DNA of 32,000 nt from [Bacillus] selenitireducens MLS10 (GCF_000093085.1 NC_014219.1:1634384-1666383), one strand, 5' to 3'. Shown: positions 24,294-32,000, counted from the stretch's first letter. Program-made: numbers and translations. Notes: generated by a model from the sequence alone, not told the origin.

Positions 24294-25625
24294 ATGGGCA
24301 AAGAAAAGAAACGGAAATTCCAGCTGAATGAAAAACAACTGGGTTATTTAATGGTATTGCCTGCACTTATTTTGATTGCGGCGGTCACGCTCTGGCCGGT
24401 TGCCCAGTCGTTTTATAACAGTATGTTTGACTATCGTCTGAATGATCCGACGAGAAATCAGACGAACATTAATTATCAGGTGGATCTTGAATCGTACGTC
24501 AATAACTATTTCTATCTTGAACGGGATCTCGGTGATGCTTCAGAGCAGATAACCGATGAACAGCTGTCTGCGGCTGTCAATGACGCACTCGTTGAGATCG
24601 ATTCGTATCATGAGGACCTTGTCAGTCAGTTTCCTGATGAGTACGAACAGGTCGATGAACTGATTATGTCGTTTGAACCGGTTCGGGACAATGATCTCCG
24701 CTATCAGACCCTTGAGAATGAGTTTGCGAGGGAGTACCGGGCCCTGATCAATGATCTGCAGGACGATTTTGAGAATTATCTTGACAGTTATGAGGAGGGG
24801 GAGTCCACGGAAAATCTCCTCGAAGACGCACAGGCGTCACTTCGGGCGATGGACCGTTCCCTGATTGAACCGAACTTCATCGGGCTTGCGAATTACGGCA
24901 AGTATTTAACCGATGCACGAATGTGGCAGTCTCTTTGGAATACAACATTCTTCACCGTTGTCTCGGTTTTCTTTGAACTGACGATTGGTCTCGCCGTGGC
25001 ACTCGTGATTAACCGTGCCTTTATCGGACGGGGGGCTGTACGTGCCGCCGTTCTGATCCCGTGGGCGATTCCGACGGCCGTCAGTGCGATGATGTGGAGC
25101 TATCTCTATGACGGACAATTCGGGATTATTGCGCATTATTTTGCCCAACTCGGGCTCATATCCGATTCATCCGTTCTTCTCAGTACAGGATCGGGGGCCA
25201 TGTTCTCCATTATCCTGGCCGATGTCTGGAAGACGATGCCTTACATGGCGCTCTTATTACTCGCAGGCCTTCAGACGATATCCGATTCGCTCTACGAGGC
25301 TGCAGAAGTGGATGGGGCAGGTAAAGTCCAGCGGTTTATCTACATTACCCTGCCGATGCTGAAATCAGCCATACTGGTAGCACTCCTGTTCAGAACCCTC
25401 GATGCGTTCCGGGTATTCGACCTGATCTATGTCTTAACAGGCGGTGGTCCTGCCAACAGCACGGAATCCATCTCTGTTTACGCCTATCAGGTACTCTTTG
25501 CCCAGCAGAACTTCGGTGAAGGTTCCGTTCTGTCCGTGATCGTCTTCATCTCCATTGCCATCATCAGTATTACGTTTATTAAGCTGATTGGCTCTGAGCT
25601 GTTTGAAGGCCGAGTGAAAAAATAA
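24294..25625 (+). CDS. ABC sugar transporter permease (MalF-like) with a ~170-aa acidic extracytoplasmic insertion after TM1
   Basis: GAAGGAGG RBS. It has the EAA-type loop (LYEAAEVDGAGKVQRFIYITLPML). It is 443 aa, against about 290 aa for typical CUT1 permeases. The extra sequence lies between the first TM helix and the NFIGLANY box. Confidence 0.9.
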   Translation: MGKEKKRKFQLNEKQLGYLMVLPALILIAAVTLWPVAQSFYNSMFDYRLNDPTRNQTNINYQVDLESYVNNYFYLERDLGDASEQITDEQLSAAVNDALVEIDSYHEDLVSQFPDEYEQVDELIMSFEPVRDNDLRYQTLENEFAREYRALINDLQDDFENYLDSYEEGESTENLLEDAQASLRAMDRSLIEPNFIGLANYGKYLTDARMWQSLWNTTFFTVVSVFFELTIGLAVALVINRAFIGRGAVRAAVLIPWAIPTAVSAMMWSYLYDGQFGIIAHYFAQLGLISDSSVLLSTGSGAMFSIILADVWKTMPYMALLLLAGLQTISDSLYEAAEVDGAGKVQRFIYITLPMLKSAILVALLFRTLDAFRVFDLIYVLTGGGPANSTESISVYAYQVLFAQQNFGEGSVLSVIVFISIAIISITFIKLIGSELFEGRVKK

Positions 25626-25640
25626 AGGAGGTCTACCAAC

Positions 25641-26462
25641 ATGCGAAAAAAAGCAGGTATCGGTTTTTATATCTTTCTGAGCTTGTTCGTGTTCATTATC
25701 ATGTTTCCCTTTCTATGGGTATTTCTGACCTCGATCAAGCCAACAAATGAACTGTTTGGCGGATTCAACTGGTTTACATCGAATCCGACGTTAAGCTCTT
25801 ATGAAAGTGCCATCACAACACGGCCGCTATTCACGTATATCTGGAACAGCTTTGTCGTTTCGACGCTGACGACAGTCCTTGCCATCAGCGTAGCTTCGTT
25901 ATCGGCCTATGCACTGACGCGGCTGCCGATCCGATTTAAAGGAACGATTCTCGGGATCGTCCTCGCGGCAGCCATGTTCCCGCAGATCGCCATCATTTCC
26001 CCGATCTTCAACCTGATCCAGGGACTTGGTCTGCGTAACAGCTACATCGGGCTTGTGATCCCTTATATCACGATCAGTCTGCCGCTTGCGATCTGGATTT
26101 TGTCAACATTCTTCCAAAAGATTCCGTTTGAACTTGAAGAATCTGCCAAGCTTGACGGTGCAACACCGTTTCAGACGTTCAGGAAAATTATTTTCCCGCT
26201 CGCAGCACCAGGGGTCTTTACGACCGCCATTCTGGTTTTCATTGCAGCCTGGAACGAATTTCTCTTCGCATTAACGATCAACTCTGACGACAGCTGGCGC
26301 ACGATTCCTGTCGGGCTCAGTATGTATCAGTCCCAGTACACCGTACCATGGGGCGATATTACAGCCGCGACGGTCATGGTGACGATCCCGATCGTCATCG
26401 TCGTTCTCATCTTCCAGCGTCGCATTGTCGCCGGTTTGACGAGCGGATCTGTCAAAGAATAG
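25641..26462 (+). CDS. ABC sugar transporter permease (MalG-like)
   Basis: 273 aa with 6 TM helices and an EAA loop (LEESAKLDGATPFQTFRKIIFPL). AAAGGAGG RBS. Confidence 0.9.
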   Translation: MRKKAGIGFYIFLSLFVFIIMFPFLWVFLTSIKPTNELFGGFNWFTSNPTLSSYESAITTRPLFTYIWNSFVVSTLTTVLAISVASLSAYALTRLPIRFKGTILGIVLAAAMFPQIAIISPIFNLIQGLGLRNSYIGLVIPYITISLPLAIWILSTFFQKIPFELEESAKLDGATPFQTFRKIIFPLAAPGVFTTAILVFIAAWNEFLFALTINSDDSWRTIPVGLSMYQSQYTVPWGDITAATVMVTIPIVIVVLIFQRRIVAGLTSGSVKE

Positions 26463-26477
26463 AAACGTACAGACAGG

Positions 26478-26511
26478 CAGCCCTCATCCGTTTTGCGGAG
26501 AGGGCTGTTTT
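26478..26511 (+). terminator. Intrinsic terminator after the permease genes
   Basis: CAGCCCTC/GAGGGCTG stem followed by TTTT. A TATAAT (26515-26520) follows and may serve rng. Confidence 0.7.
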
Positions 26512-26562
26512 CGGTATAATAAGATACAGCATGAAGGGCAGAAGAACAGAGGGGACGTTAAG

Positions 26563-28050
26563 ATGAAGCGTACAATTGCAGTCCATACAGGGCTGACAGA
26601 AGCAAGAGGGGCCGTCATCGAAGACGGCAGGGTGACGGAGTGGCTCATGTCGCCAGGGCCGACAAGGCTCGAAACCGGCATGATCATCACCGGCCAAATC
26701 ACGGATATTCATGACGGGATGGACGCCGCTTTTATCGATATCGGCTCGGATAAGCGTGGTTTTTTACATAAATCGGAGCTGAACAGACCGGACAAAGGTG
26801 AAGACGTGCCGATCTCAAGGCAGGTGACAAAAGGGGCGTATCTTCTCCTCGAAGTACTGCGGCCCGGCACGGATACGAAGGGACCGAAGCTCACGGAGAA
26901 AATCAGTTTCTCCGGAAAATACGCTGTCTATATGCCGTTCAGCCGCTATGTGGCCGTTTCAAAAAAAATGAGTTCGGAATCGGTTCGCGAATCATGGCGG
27001 GCGTTTGGGAAAGAGCGTCTTCAGGAGGATGAGGGGCTCATCATCCGAACGAATGCCGAAGAAGAGGACCCCGAAGTCATTGACAGAGAAATCGATCTCT
27101 TGCGGGCAAAGGCCGATGAGGTGAAGCGCGCCTTTTTGGATCAGCCGATAAAAGCCGGGGCCGTGCATGTGGATCCTTCGGCGCTCGCGGCGAGAATTTC
27201 AAGAGATTTTCTTGCGGATGAGGACACGGAGGTAATCTGTGACGGAAGACAGCTGTATGAAGAGCTGGTAAGAGAACGTGAAGTCATGCCTCTTGGAGCT
27301 TCAGTCAGCTATACGAGAGAGAATGTCGCACGTCTGTACGAATTTGAACGGATGATGATGCAGACAGTCCGGCCCTATGTCTGGCTGCCTAACGGGGGCT
27401 CACTTCTTATTGAAGAAACAGAAGCGATGACCGTGATCGACGTCAACAGCGGACGGTTTACCGGGAAAGAAAATCTGAGAAAAACGGCTTATCAGACCAA
27501 CCTGCAGGCAGCGAAAGTCATTGCGAGAGAATTGAGACTCCGGGAGGTCAGCGGGATCATTCTGATAGATTTTATTGACATGGACACCGATGACGACCGT
27601 AAAGACGTATTAAAAACGTTGAGGCAGGGCTGTAAACAGGATCGGACCAGGGTGAATGTGATTGGGTTTACATCCCTTGGTCTCGTGGAGATGACGCGCA
27701 AAAAATCACGCATGCCCATAGGTGAGATTATGAAGGAGCCCTGCGGGTGCTGCGGAGGGACAGGAAGAGTCGATACTGCAAACGAACAGCTGTACAGAGT
27801 CTCTGAAGCCCTTCAGGAGGCAGTGCAGGGAAAGACGGAGTCGCTGTGGCTCGATCTAAACGTCCGGCTATATGAAGCACTCACAAGTAATCAGGAGGAC
27901 TGGGCTTCCGCCATCAAAGCGCGAATCGGGGTTCGTGTCTATGTGACACAGTCCGCATCCGATACCCCCTTTCAGATCAGAATGACAGCGGAATCCGGTG
28001 AAATCGAAGCCCGACTCGACCGTGAAGAAAAGGCGTGGCTGAAACTGTAA
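26563..28050 (+). CDS. rng: RNase E/G-family endoribonuclease
   Basis: It has an S1 domain (GQITDIHDGMDAAFIDIGSDKRGFLH), a DNase-I-like core (VIDVNSGRFTG) and a Zn-link-like CGCCGGTG that fits CxxCxGxG. Confidence 0.85.
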   Translation: MKRTIAVHTGLTEARGAVIEDGRVTEWLMSPGPTRLETGMIITGQITDIHDGMDAAFIDIGSDKRGFLHKSELNRPDKGEDVPISRQVTKGAYLLLEVLRPGTDTKGPKLTEKISFSGKYAVYMPFSRYVAVSKKMSSESVRESWRAFGKERLQEDEGLIIRTNAEEEDPEVIDREIDLLRAKADEVKRAFLDQPIKAGAVHVDPSALAARISRDFLADEDTEVICDGRQLYEELVREREVMPLGASVSYTRENVARLYEFERMMMQTVRPYVWLPNGGSLLIEETEAMTVIDVNSGRFTGKENLRKTAYQTNLQAAKVIARELRLREVSGIILIDFIDMDTDDDRKDVLKTLRQGCKQDRTRVNVIGFTSLGLVEMTRKKSRMPIGEIMKEPCGCCGGTGRVDTANEQLYRVSEALQEAVQGKTESLWLDLNVRLYEALTSNQEDWASAIKARIGVRVYVTQSASDTPFQIRMTAESGEIEARLDREEKAWLKL

Positions 28051-28057
28051 AAGGCGA

Positions 28058-28087
28058 TTGACACGGTCATTCGCGGTGTGGTATGAT
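28058..28087 (+). promoter_or_regulatory. Sigma-A promoter of the rplU-ysxB-rpmA operon
   Basis: TTGACA (28058-28063), an 18-nt spacer, then the extended -10 TGgTATGAT (28079-28087). Confidence 0.65.
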
Positions 28088-28094
28088 TTCCTTT

Positions 28095-28200
28095 GTTAGT
28101 TGTTTGGATGCACCCAAAGAACTGCAACCGCACAGATCAGGTTTGGTTTCCATGTAAGCACATTCGTGCACCTGTAATGGCGAGTCTGAGTATTGAAGGA
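28095..28200 (+). promoter_or_regulatory. Long 5' leader of rplU, positionally equivalent to the Bacillales L21 leader
   Basis: About 115 nt lie between the promoter and the AGGAGG RBS, with several short hairpins (TTTGG/CCAAA, GCAC/GTGC). I could not verify the family consensus by eye. Confidence 0.4.
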
Positions 28201-28209
28201 GGTGCGCAT

Positions 28210-28518
28210 ATGTACGCAATCATTGAAACAGGTGGTAAGCAGGTTAAAGTGACGGAAGGCCAGGAAGTTTACGTTGAGAAAGTCGACGCAGCAGAAGGCG
28301 ATACGTTCACATTTGACAAGGTTATCTTTGTCGGTGGTGAAACAGCCAAAGTTGGTTCCCCACTCGTCGAAGGAGCGACTGTTACAGCCAAAGTTGAAAA
28401 GCAGGGACGCGCGAAGAAGCTGACTGTTTTCAAGTATAAGGCGAAGAAGAACTACCGTCGTAAGCAGGGTCACCGTCAGCCTTACACAAAAGTCACGATC
28501 GAAAAAATCAACGCGTAA
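28210..28518 (+). CDS. rplU: 50S ribosomal protein L21
   Basis: [18 protein letters not shown]... from ATG 28210, after GAAGGAGG. The ORF-track extension from 28093 covers the leader and is rejected. Confidence 0.95.
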   Translation: MYAIIETGGKQVKVTEGQEVYVEKVDAAEGDTFTFDKVIFVGGETAKVGSPLVEGATVTAKVEKQGRAKKLTVFKYKAKKNYRRKQGHRQPYTKVTIEKINA

Positions 28519-28531
28519 GGATGACTGTCCG

Positions 28532-28867
28532 ATGATCAAAGTTCATTTCGAACGGCAATCAGACGGCACGATCCGCGCTTTTACAATGAACGGACACGCG
28601 GACTCAGGGCCTTATGGCTATGATCTCGTATGCGCCGGTGCATCAGCGGTTTCCTTCGGGGCTGTGAATGCCATTGCAGAAGTCGCAGGCGTTGAGTTAG
28701 ATGCAGAAGTAAGAGATAATGGCGGCTTTCTTCACTGTACGGTTCCGGAGGGGATCCGGGACGAAGCAGGTAAGAAGGTCCAGGTACTGCTTGAGGGATT
28801 ACGGATTTCATTGTTGACAATGGAAGAGCAGTACGGCCGGTTTATACACGTAACCGATGTAAACTGA
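28532..28867 (+). CDS. ysxB: Ribosomal-processing cysteine protease Prp (YsxB family)
   Basis: 111 aa between rplU and rpmA. The conserved GHA...DLVCAGASA context holds the His/Cys dyad. Confidence 0.85.
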   Translation: MIKVHFERQSDGTIRAFTMNGHADSGPYGYDLVCAGASAVSFGAVNAIAEVAGVELDAEVRDNGGFLHCTVPEGIRDEAGKKVQVLLEGLRISLLTMEEQYGRFIHVTDVN

Positions 28868-28882
28868 CAGGAGGTGAAGACC

Positions 28883-29176
28883 ATGTTCTTGAAGTTGGAT
28901 CTTCAGTATTTCGCCCAGAAAAAAGGGGTAGGTAGTACGAAAAACGGTCGTGATTCGATCTCCAAACGTCTTGGTACCAAGACAGGTGACGGACAGACTG
29001 TTACAGGCGGCTCCATCCTCGTACGTCAGCGTGGAACGAAAATTTATCCAGGCGTAAACGTAGGCCGCGGAGGAGACGATACACTGTTTGCGAAAGCGGA
29101 CGGTATCGTGAAATTCGAGCGGGTTGGACGCAACCGTAAGCAGGTAAGTGTATATCCTGTTGCACAGGAAGCATAA
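28883..29176 (+). CDS. rpmA: 50S ribosomal protein L27 with an N-terminal Prp-cleaved propeptide
   Basis: ATG 28883 lies 6 nt after AGGAGGTG. The product starts [25 protein letters not shown] and contains GTKIYPG and GGDDTLFA. The ORF-track start at 28874 lies inside the RBS. Confidence 0.95.
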   Translation: MFLKLDLQYFAQKKGVGSTKNGRDSISKRLGTKTGDGQTVTGGSILVRQRGTKIYPGVNVGRGGDDTLFAKADGIVKFERVGRNRKQVSVYPVAQEA

Positions 29177-29188
29177 ACCGAAAAGCAG

Positions 29189-29217
29189 GAGACTCTCTCA
29201 TGAGGGTCTCTTTTTTT
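29189..29217 (+). terminator. Intrinsic terminator after rpmA
   Basis: GAGACTCTC-tcat-GAGGGTCTC followed by TTTTTTT. Confidence 0.85.
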
Positions 29218-29335
29218 GTACTATAGGAATGTTTAACCCCGTTAAAGGATTATAGTATAAGTGCAACTAAGGCTTTCGCCATCGTGGCTTGGCGACAAGC
29301 CAAGTTTTCTTTACAATAAATGGCGCGGATACACA
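29218..29335 (+). repeat. Unassigned conserved structured element, copy B (paired with 16903-17014)
   Basis: It has the same order of blocks as copy A. GGCTTTCGCCA/TGGCGAcAAGCC is an identical stem, and the differences fall in the loop and the bulge. The outer stem TAAAGGA/TTCTTTA keeps pairing through a G-U wobble. Confidence 0.6.
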
Positions 29336-29411
29336 TTAAAGACCTGATTTTGGAATTCGCTATCCGTTTTATGGTATTCTGTAGGTATGATGAATGAAGG
29401 AGGCCTTGAAT

Positions 29412-30152
29412 GTGAAGATGACCGTGATTGGACACTGGGGTGCTTACCCGGCGAAGGGTGAGGCGACGAGCTGTTACCTGATTGAAGAAGGAGACACGAA
29501 GCTGATTCTCGACTGCGGGAGCGGGGCAGTGTCGAATTTGCAAAACCATCTGGCGTTGAAACATCTCGACGGGGTGATCGTCAGCCACACGCACGCGGAT
29601 CATGTGGCGGATCTTGGTGTGCTGGCATACAGCCGCCTGATTGATATGCAGTTAAACCATACCCATCACAGGCTGAATGTCTATGCACATGAAGATGAGG
29701 AGACCTTGCACAGCGAACTGAACAAAGATCCTTACTCAGAATGCTATCCGTTCGTTGAGACAGATGAACTCGAATTTCCTGACGTGACAGTCCAATTTTG
29801 TAAAGGCAAACACAAAGTGGACAGCTACGGCATGAAAATTATTTCCCGGGAAACAGGGAAGAAGATGGTCTACACGGCAGATACCTCGTATACCGATCAG
29901 ATGGCGGCATTCGCCAAAGAGGCGGATCTGCTTCTCGCCGAGTGCAGCTTTTATCAGGGACAGAACGGAGAACAGTTCGGTCATATGACGAGTCTTGATG
30001 CAGGGCGTCTTGCCAGTCGGGGTGAGGTGGGAGAGCTGATTCTGACCCATCTGCCTCATTTTGGTGATCATGCGCAGCTCATCGAAGAGACAAGAAAGGT
30101 TTACGTTGGTCGTGTCAGTCTTGCCAGCGCAGGAATGTCAAAAACCATATAA
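29412..30152 (+). CDS. MBL-fold metallo-hydrolase (YhfI-like, RNase Z-related family)
   Basis: HTHADH (the HxHxDH motif). The N-terminus (V)KMTVIGHWGAYPAKGEATSCYLIE resembles B. subtilis YhfI as I remember it. GTG 29412 lies 8 nt after GAAGGAGG. ATG 29418 and ATG 29394 are alternative starts. Confidence 0.82.
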   Translation: MKMTVIGHWGAYPAKGEATSCYLIEEGDTKLILDCGSGAVSNLQNHLALKHLDGVIVSHTHADHVADLGVLAYSRLIDMQLNHTHHRLNVYAHEDEETLHSELNKDPYSECYPFVETDELEFPDVTVQFCKGKHKVDSYGMKIISRETGKKMVYTADTSYTDQMAAFAKEADLLLAECSFYQGQNGEQFGHMTSLDAGRLASRGEVGELILTHLPHFGDHAQLIEETRKVYVGRVSLASAGMSKTI

Positions 30153-30164
30153 TCATCAGTCATG

Positions 30165-30209
30165 GAAGCTCCGCGCCGTTATGAAACGGTGCTCGGGGCT
30201 TCTTTTTTT
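30165..30209 (+). terminator. Intrinsic terminator after the MBL hydrolase gene
   Basis: A long imperfect stem, GAAGCTCCGCGCCGT...ACGGTGCTCGGGGCTTC, followed by TTTTTTT. Confidence 0.8.
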
Positions 30210-30280
30210 ACAAACTTTACAAAGCCTTCACGGGATCTTTACGAATCGTTTATACGGTCTTAACAGTTCCGGACTATACT
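30207..30280 (+). promoter_or_regulatory. PhoP-type Pho-box array and -10 of the pst operon promoter
   Basis: TT(A/T/C)AC(A/G)-like hexamers occur at 30207, 30216, 30227, 30238, 30249 and 30260 (TTTACA, TTTACA, TTCACG, TTTACG, TTTATA, TTAACA). The last five have exact 11-bp phasing. TATACT follows at 30275-30280. No -35 hexamer is present, as is typical for PhoP-activated promoters. Confidence 0.7.
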
Positions 30281-30332
30281 GAAGTCTGTAAGTGATTAAA
30301 CAACCACACAGAAAACGGGAGGCTTTTACGAG

Positions 30333-31307
30333 ATGAAAAAATTTGCAATGACACTGGTATTTGGAGCGCTCATGACAACAGCAGCATGTGGAAACGGAGA
30401 TGACGCTTCAGGAGATGCCGCAGATGCTTCTGCGAATGGCGGCAATGAACAGACAAACAATGCCGGTGGTGAAGAAGGACCGGAAGGATATCTCGAAATC
30501 AGAGGTTCTGACACAATGGTGAACCTTGGACAGGCTTTTGCCGAAAATTATATGGATTACAATCTGAACGGCGATGTATCGGTAACCGGCGGTGGATCCG
30601 GAACAGGTATCGCGGCGATGATTAACAATGAGGTGGATATTGCCCAGTCATCCCGTGCGATGACAGAAGATGAAATGGCAGAAGCGGAAGCAAACGGCGC
30701 GGAACCGTATGAGTTTATCGTCGGTCAGGACGGACTGGCCGTTGCTGTAAACACCGATAATCCGGTAGATGAGCTGACACTTGCAGAGATTAAAGGCATT
30801 TTCACAGGAACGATTACAGATTGGTCTGAAGTTGGTTGGGATGAAGGCGGAGAGATTTCGGTTTATTCCAGACAGTCCAATTCAGGTACGTATGTTTACT
30901 TTAATGAAAACGTCATGGACGGCGAAGATTTCGCGCCGGGTACAAAATTCATGCCGGGTTCATCGGCAATCCGTGAAGCGGTTGAGCAGGAAGTAAACGC
31001 CATTGGGTATATCGGAATCGGCTATATCGAAGGCATCGATGCTTTGAATGTGGCGATTGATGAGGGCAGTGAATATGTGACACCGTTTGAAGAGGTCAAT
31101 GTTGATGAAGGCACATACCCGATCGCCCGTCCGCTTTTTTTCTATGTGAACGGAGCTCCGGAAGGGATCATGCTCGACTACCTCGATTGGATCCTGAAAT
31201 CTGAACGTGCAGAAGAAATCCGTTACGAAACCGGCTTCTATCAGATTGGTGGAGAGAATCAGGCACAAAACGAAGAAGCATATCAAACGCTTGGACTTGA
31301 TTGGTAA
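30333..31307 (+). CDS. pstS: Phosphate ABC transporter substrate-binding lipoprotein PstS
   Basis: Lipobox TAAC|G followed by an acidic tether. It has PBP-like motifs (GSDT, SGTG, SRQSNSGT) and lies upstream of pstC behind the Pho boxes. Confidence 0.9.
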   Translation: MKKFAMTLVFGALMTTAACGNGDDASGDAADASANGGNEQTNNAGGEEGPEGYLEIRGSDTMVNLGQAFAENYMDYNLNGDVSVTGGGSGTGIAAMINNEVDIAQSSRAMTEDEMAEAEANGAEPYEFIVGQDGLAVAVNTDNPVDELTLAEIKGIFTGTITDWSEVGWDEGGEISVYSRQSNSGTYVYFNENVMDGEDFAPGTKFMPGSSAIREAVEQEVNAIGYIGIGYIEGIDALNVAIDEGSEYVTPFEEVNVDEGTYPIARPLFFYVNGAPEGIMLDYLDWILKSERAEEIRYETGFYQIGGENQAQNEEAYQTLGLDW

Positions 31308-31320
31308 ACACATGGTGTTC

Positions 31321-31349
31321 GGAAAAGAAGGTCACGTGCCTTCTTTTCC
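31321..31349 (+). terminator. Perfect 11-bp hairpin between pstS and pstC (attenuator or mRNA stabiliser rather than a full terminator)
   Basis: GGAAAAGAAGG-tcacgtg-CCTTCTTTTCC followed only by CTTTTC. Confidence 0.5.
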
Positions 31350-31417
31350 CTTTTCATGAATAAAACCGGCTGAATTTGATGATGACAGACAGGGAACTGT
31401 TAGGAGGATGTACACAC

Positions 31418-32000
31418 ATGGCTTTACCCATTGAAAAAAAGGAAGAGACGGCCTTCCGTGATCTGGAGACGGTAACCCGATCAAAACTGACACAAAAATC
31501 ATTTAAATCAAACATACTCGACTATGTGATAGAAAAAATCTTTCTGATTTTCGGACTGATTGCTGTCTTTGTATTGTTTCTTATTTTGTTTTTCCTCATC
31601 CGGGAAGGATCCGGCGCTCTTCGTGAAGTCGGCATCATGGAATATTTGACGACGACACGCTGGTATCCCTCTTCACCTCAGGGAGCAGGGTATGGGGCAC
31701 TGCCGTTCATTATGAGTTCGATCATGGTGACGGTGGGAGCACTGATCATTGCGATTCCGTGGGGGATCTTTACCGCAATTTATATTGCAGAGATCGCGCC
31801 GAGACGGGTAAGGGAGATTCTCAAGCCTGCAGTGGAAATACTGGCGATTTTCCCGTCCGTTATACTTGGATTTATTGCGCTCGTGATCCTTTCGCCAATC
31901 GTTGCAAATATCTTTGGGCTGTCGAATGGTCTGACGGCACTGACGGCTTCACTGATTCTCTCCGTTATGGCACTGCCGACGATCATCAGTATAGCTGAAG
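31418..32000 (+). CDS. pstC: Phosphate ABC transporter permease PstC, N-terminal part (3' end outside window)
   Basis: This ORF is not in the supplied track because it has no stop codon. My own translation from ATG 31418 (TAGGAGGA RBS 9 nt upstream) gives MALPIEKKEE...IFLIFGLIAVFVLF...WGIFTAIYIAEIAPRRVREILKPAVEILAIFPSVILGF...SVMALPTIISIAE. That is the PstC pattern, and the frame is open to the window end. Confidence 0.85.
   Translation, partial: MALPIEKKEETAFRDLETVTRSKLTQKSFKSNILDYVIEKIFLIFGLIAVFVLFLILFFLIREGSGALREVGIMEYLTTTRWYPSSPQGAGYGALPFIMSSIMVTVGALIIAIPWGIFTAIYIAEIAPRRVREILKPAVEILAIFPSVILGFIALVILSPIVANIFGLSNGLTALTASLILSVMALPTIISIAE

Noticed and set aside
31759-31998. 79-aa + strand ORF from the track.
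   Set aside because: It is out of frame inside the open pstC reading frame that starts at 31418. The pstC translation has the expected permease pattern.
1-32000. CRISPR arrays, tRNA/rRNA genes, transposases, integrases or phage genes.
   Set aside because: I saw no regularly spaced direct repeats, no cloverleaf-like or rRNA-like segments and no ORFs with DDE, tyrosine-recombinase or serine-recombinase motifs. All large ORFs are accounted for by the genes listed.

Overview
All supported genes lie on the + strand. By eye the window is about 50-55% GC. It looks like a Bacillales-type Firmicute chromosome with very acidic, halophile-like proteins. The backbone matches the B. subtilis folC-comC-(spoIIB)-maf-radC-mreBCD-minCD-(spoIVFA/FB)-rplU-ysxB-rpmA region, with three differences. 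(1) The comC slot holds a complete type IV pilus (T4P) locus: GGDEF cyclase, acidic membrane protein, VanW-like protein, pilB, pilT, pilC, a 366-nt leader, two tandem pilins, pilD, pilM, pilN, pilO and a small membrane ORF, followed by aspA. (2) The spoIVFA/FB slot holds a CUT1-type sugar ABC uptake locus with a LacI regulator, plus an RNase E/G homolog. (3) rpmA is followed by an MBL-fold hydrolase and a Pho-box-controlled pstS-pstC, with pstC running off the window end. Main hunt results follow. (a) The pilC-pilin leader carries a strong candidate class II c-di-GMP riboswitch whose 3' core overlaps an intrinsic terminator. With the GGDEF gene heading the pilB operon and an MshEN-like tandem motif in PilB, this suggests three-layer c-di-GMP control of a Bacillaceae T4P. 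(b) An unassigned ~100-nt element of about 83% identity, with a conserved nested hairpin, occurs twice, each time directly after an intrinsic terminator (radC|mreB and rpmA|MBL hydrolase). A possible decayed third copy follows minD. (c) The two pilins share a conserved N-terminus, and the second has an AT-rich variable domain. (d) Two unusual genes sit upstream of pilB: a poly-acidic membrane protein that overlaps the next gene by 107 nt, and a VanW-like protein lacking the usual Cys/His and carrying a W/D/N/G-rich tail. I saw no CRISPR array, tRNA, rRNA or transposase. Nothing here was checked against a database. All family calls come from motifs read by eye and remembered consensus sequences.
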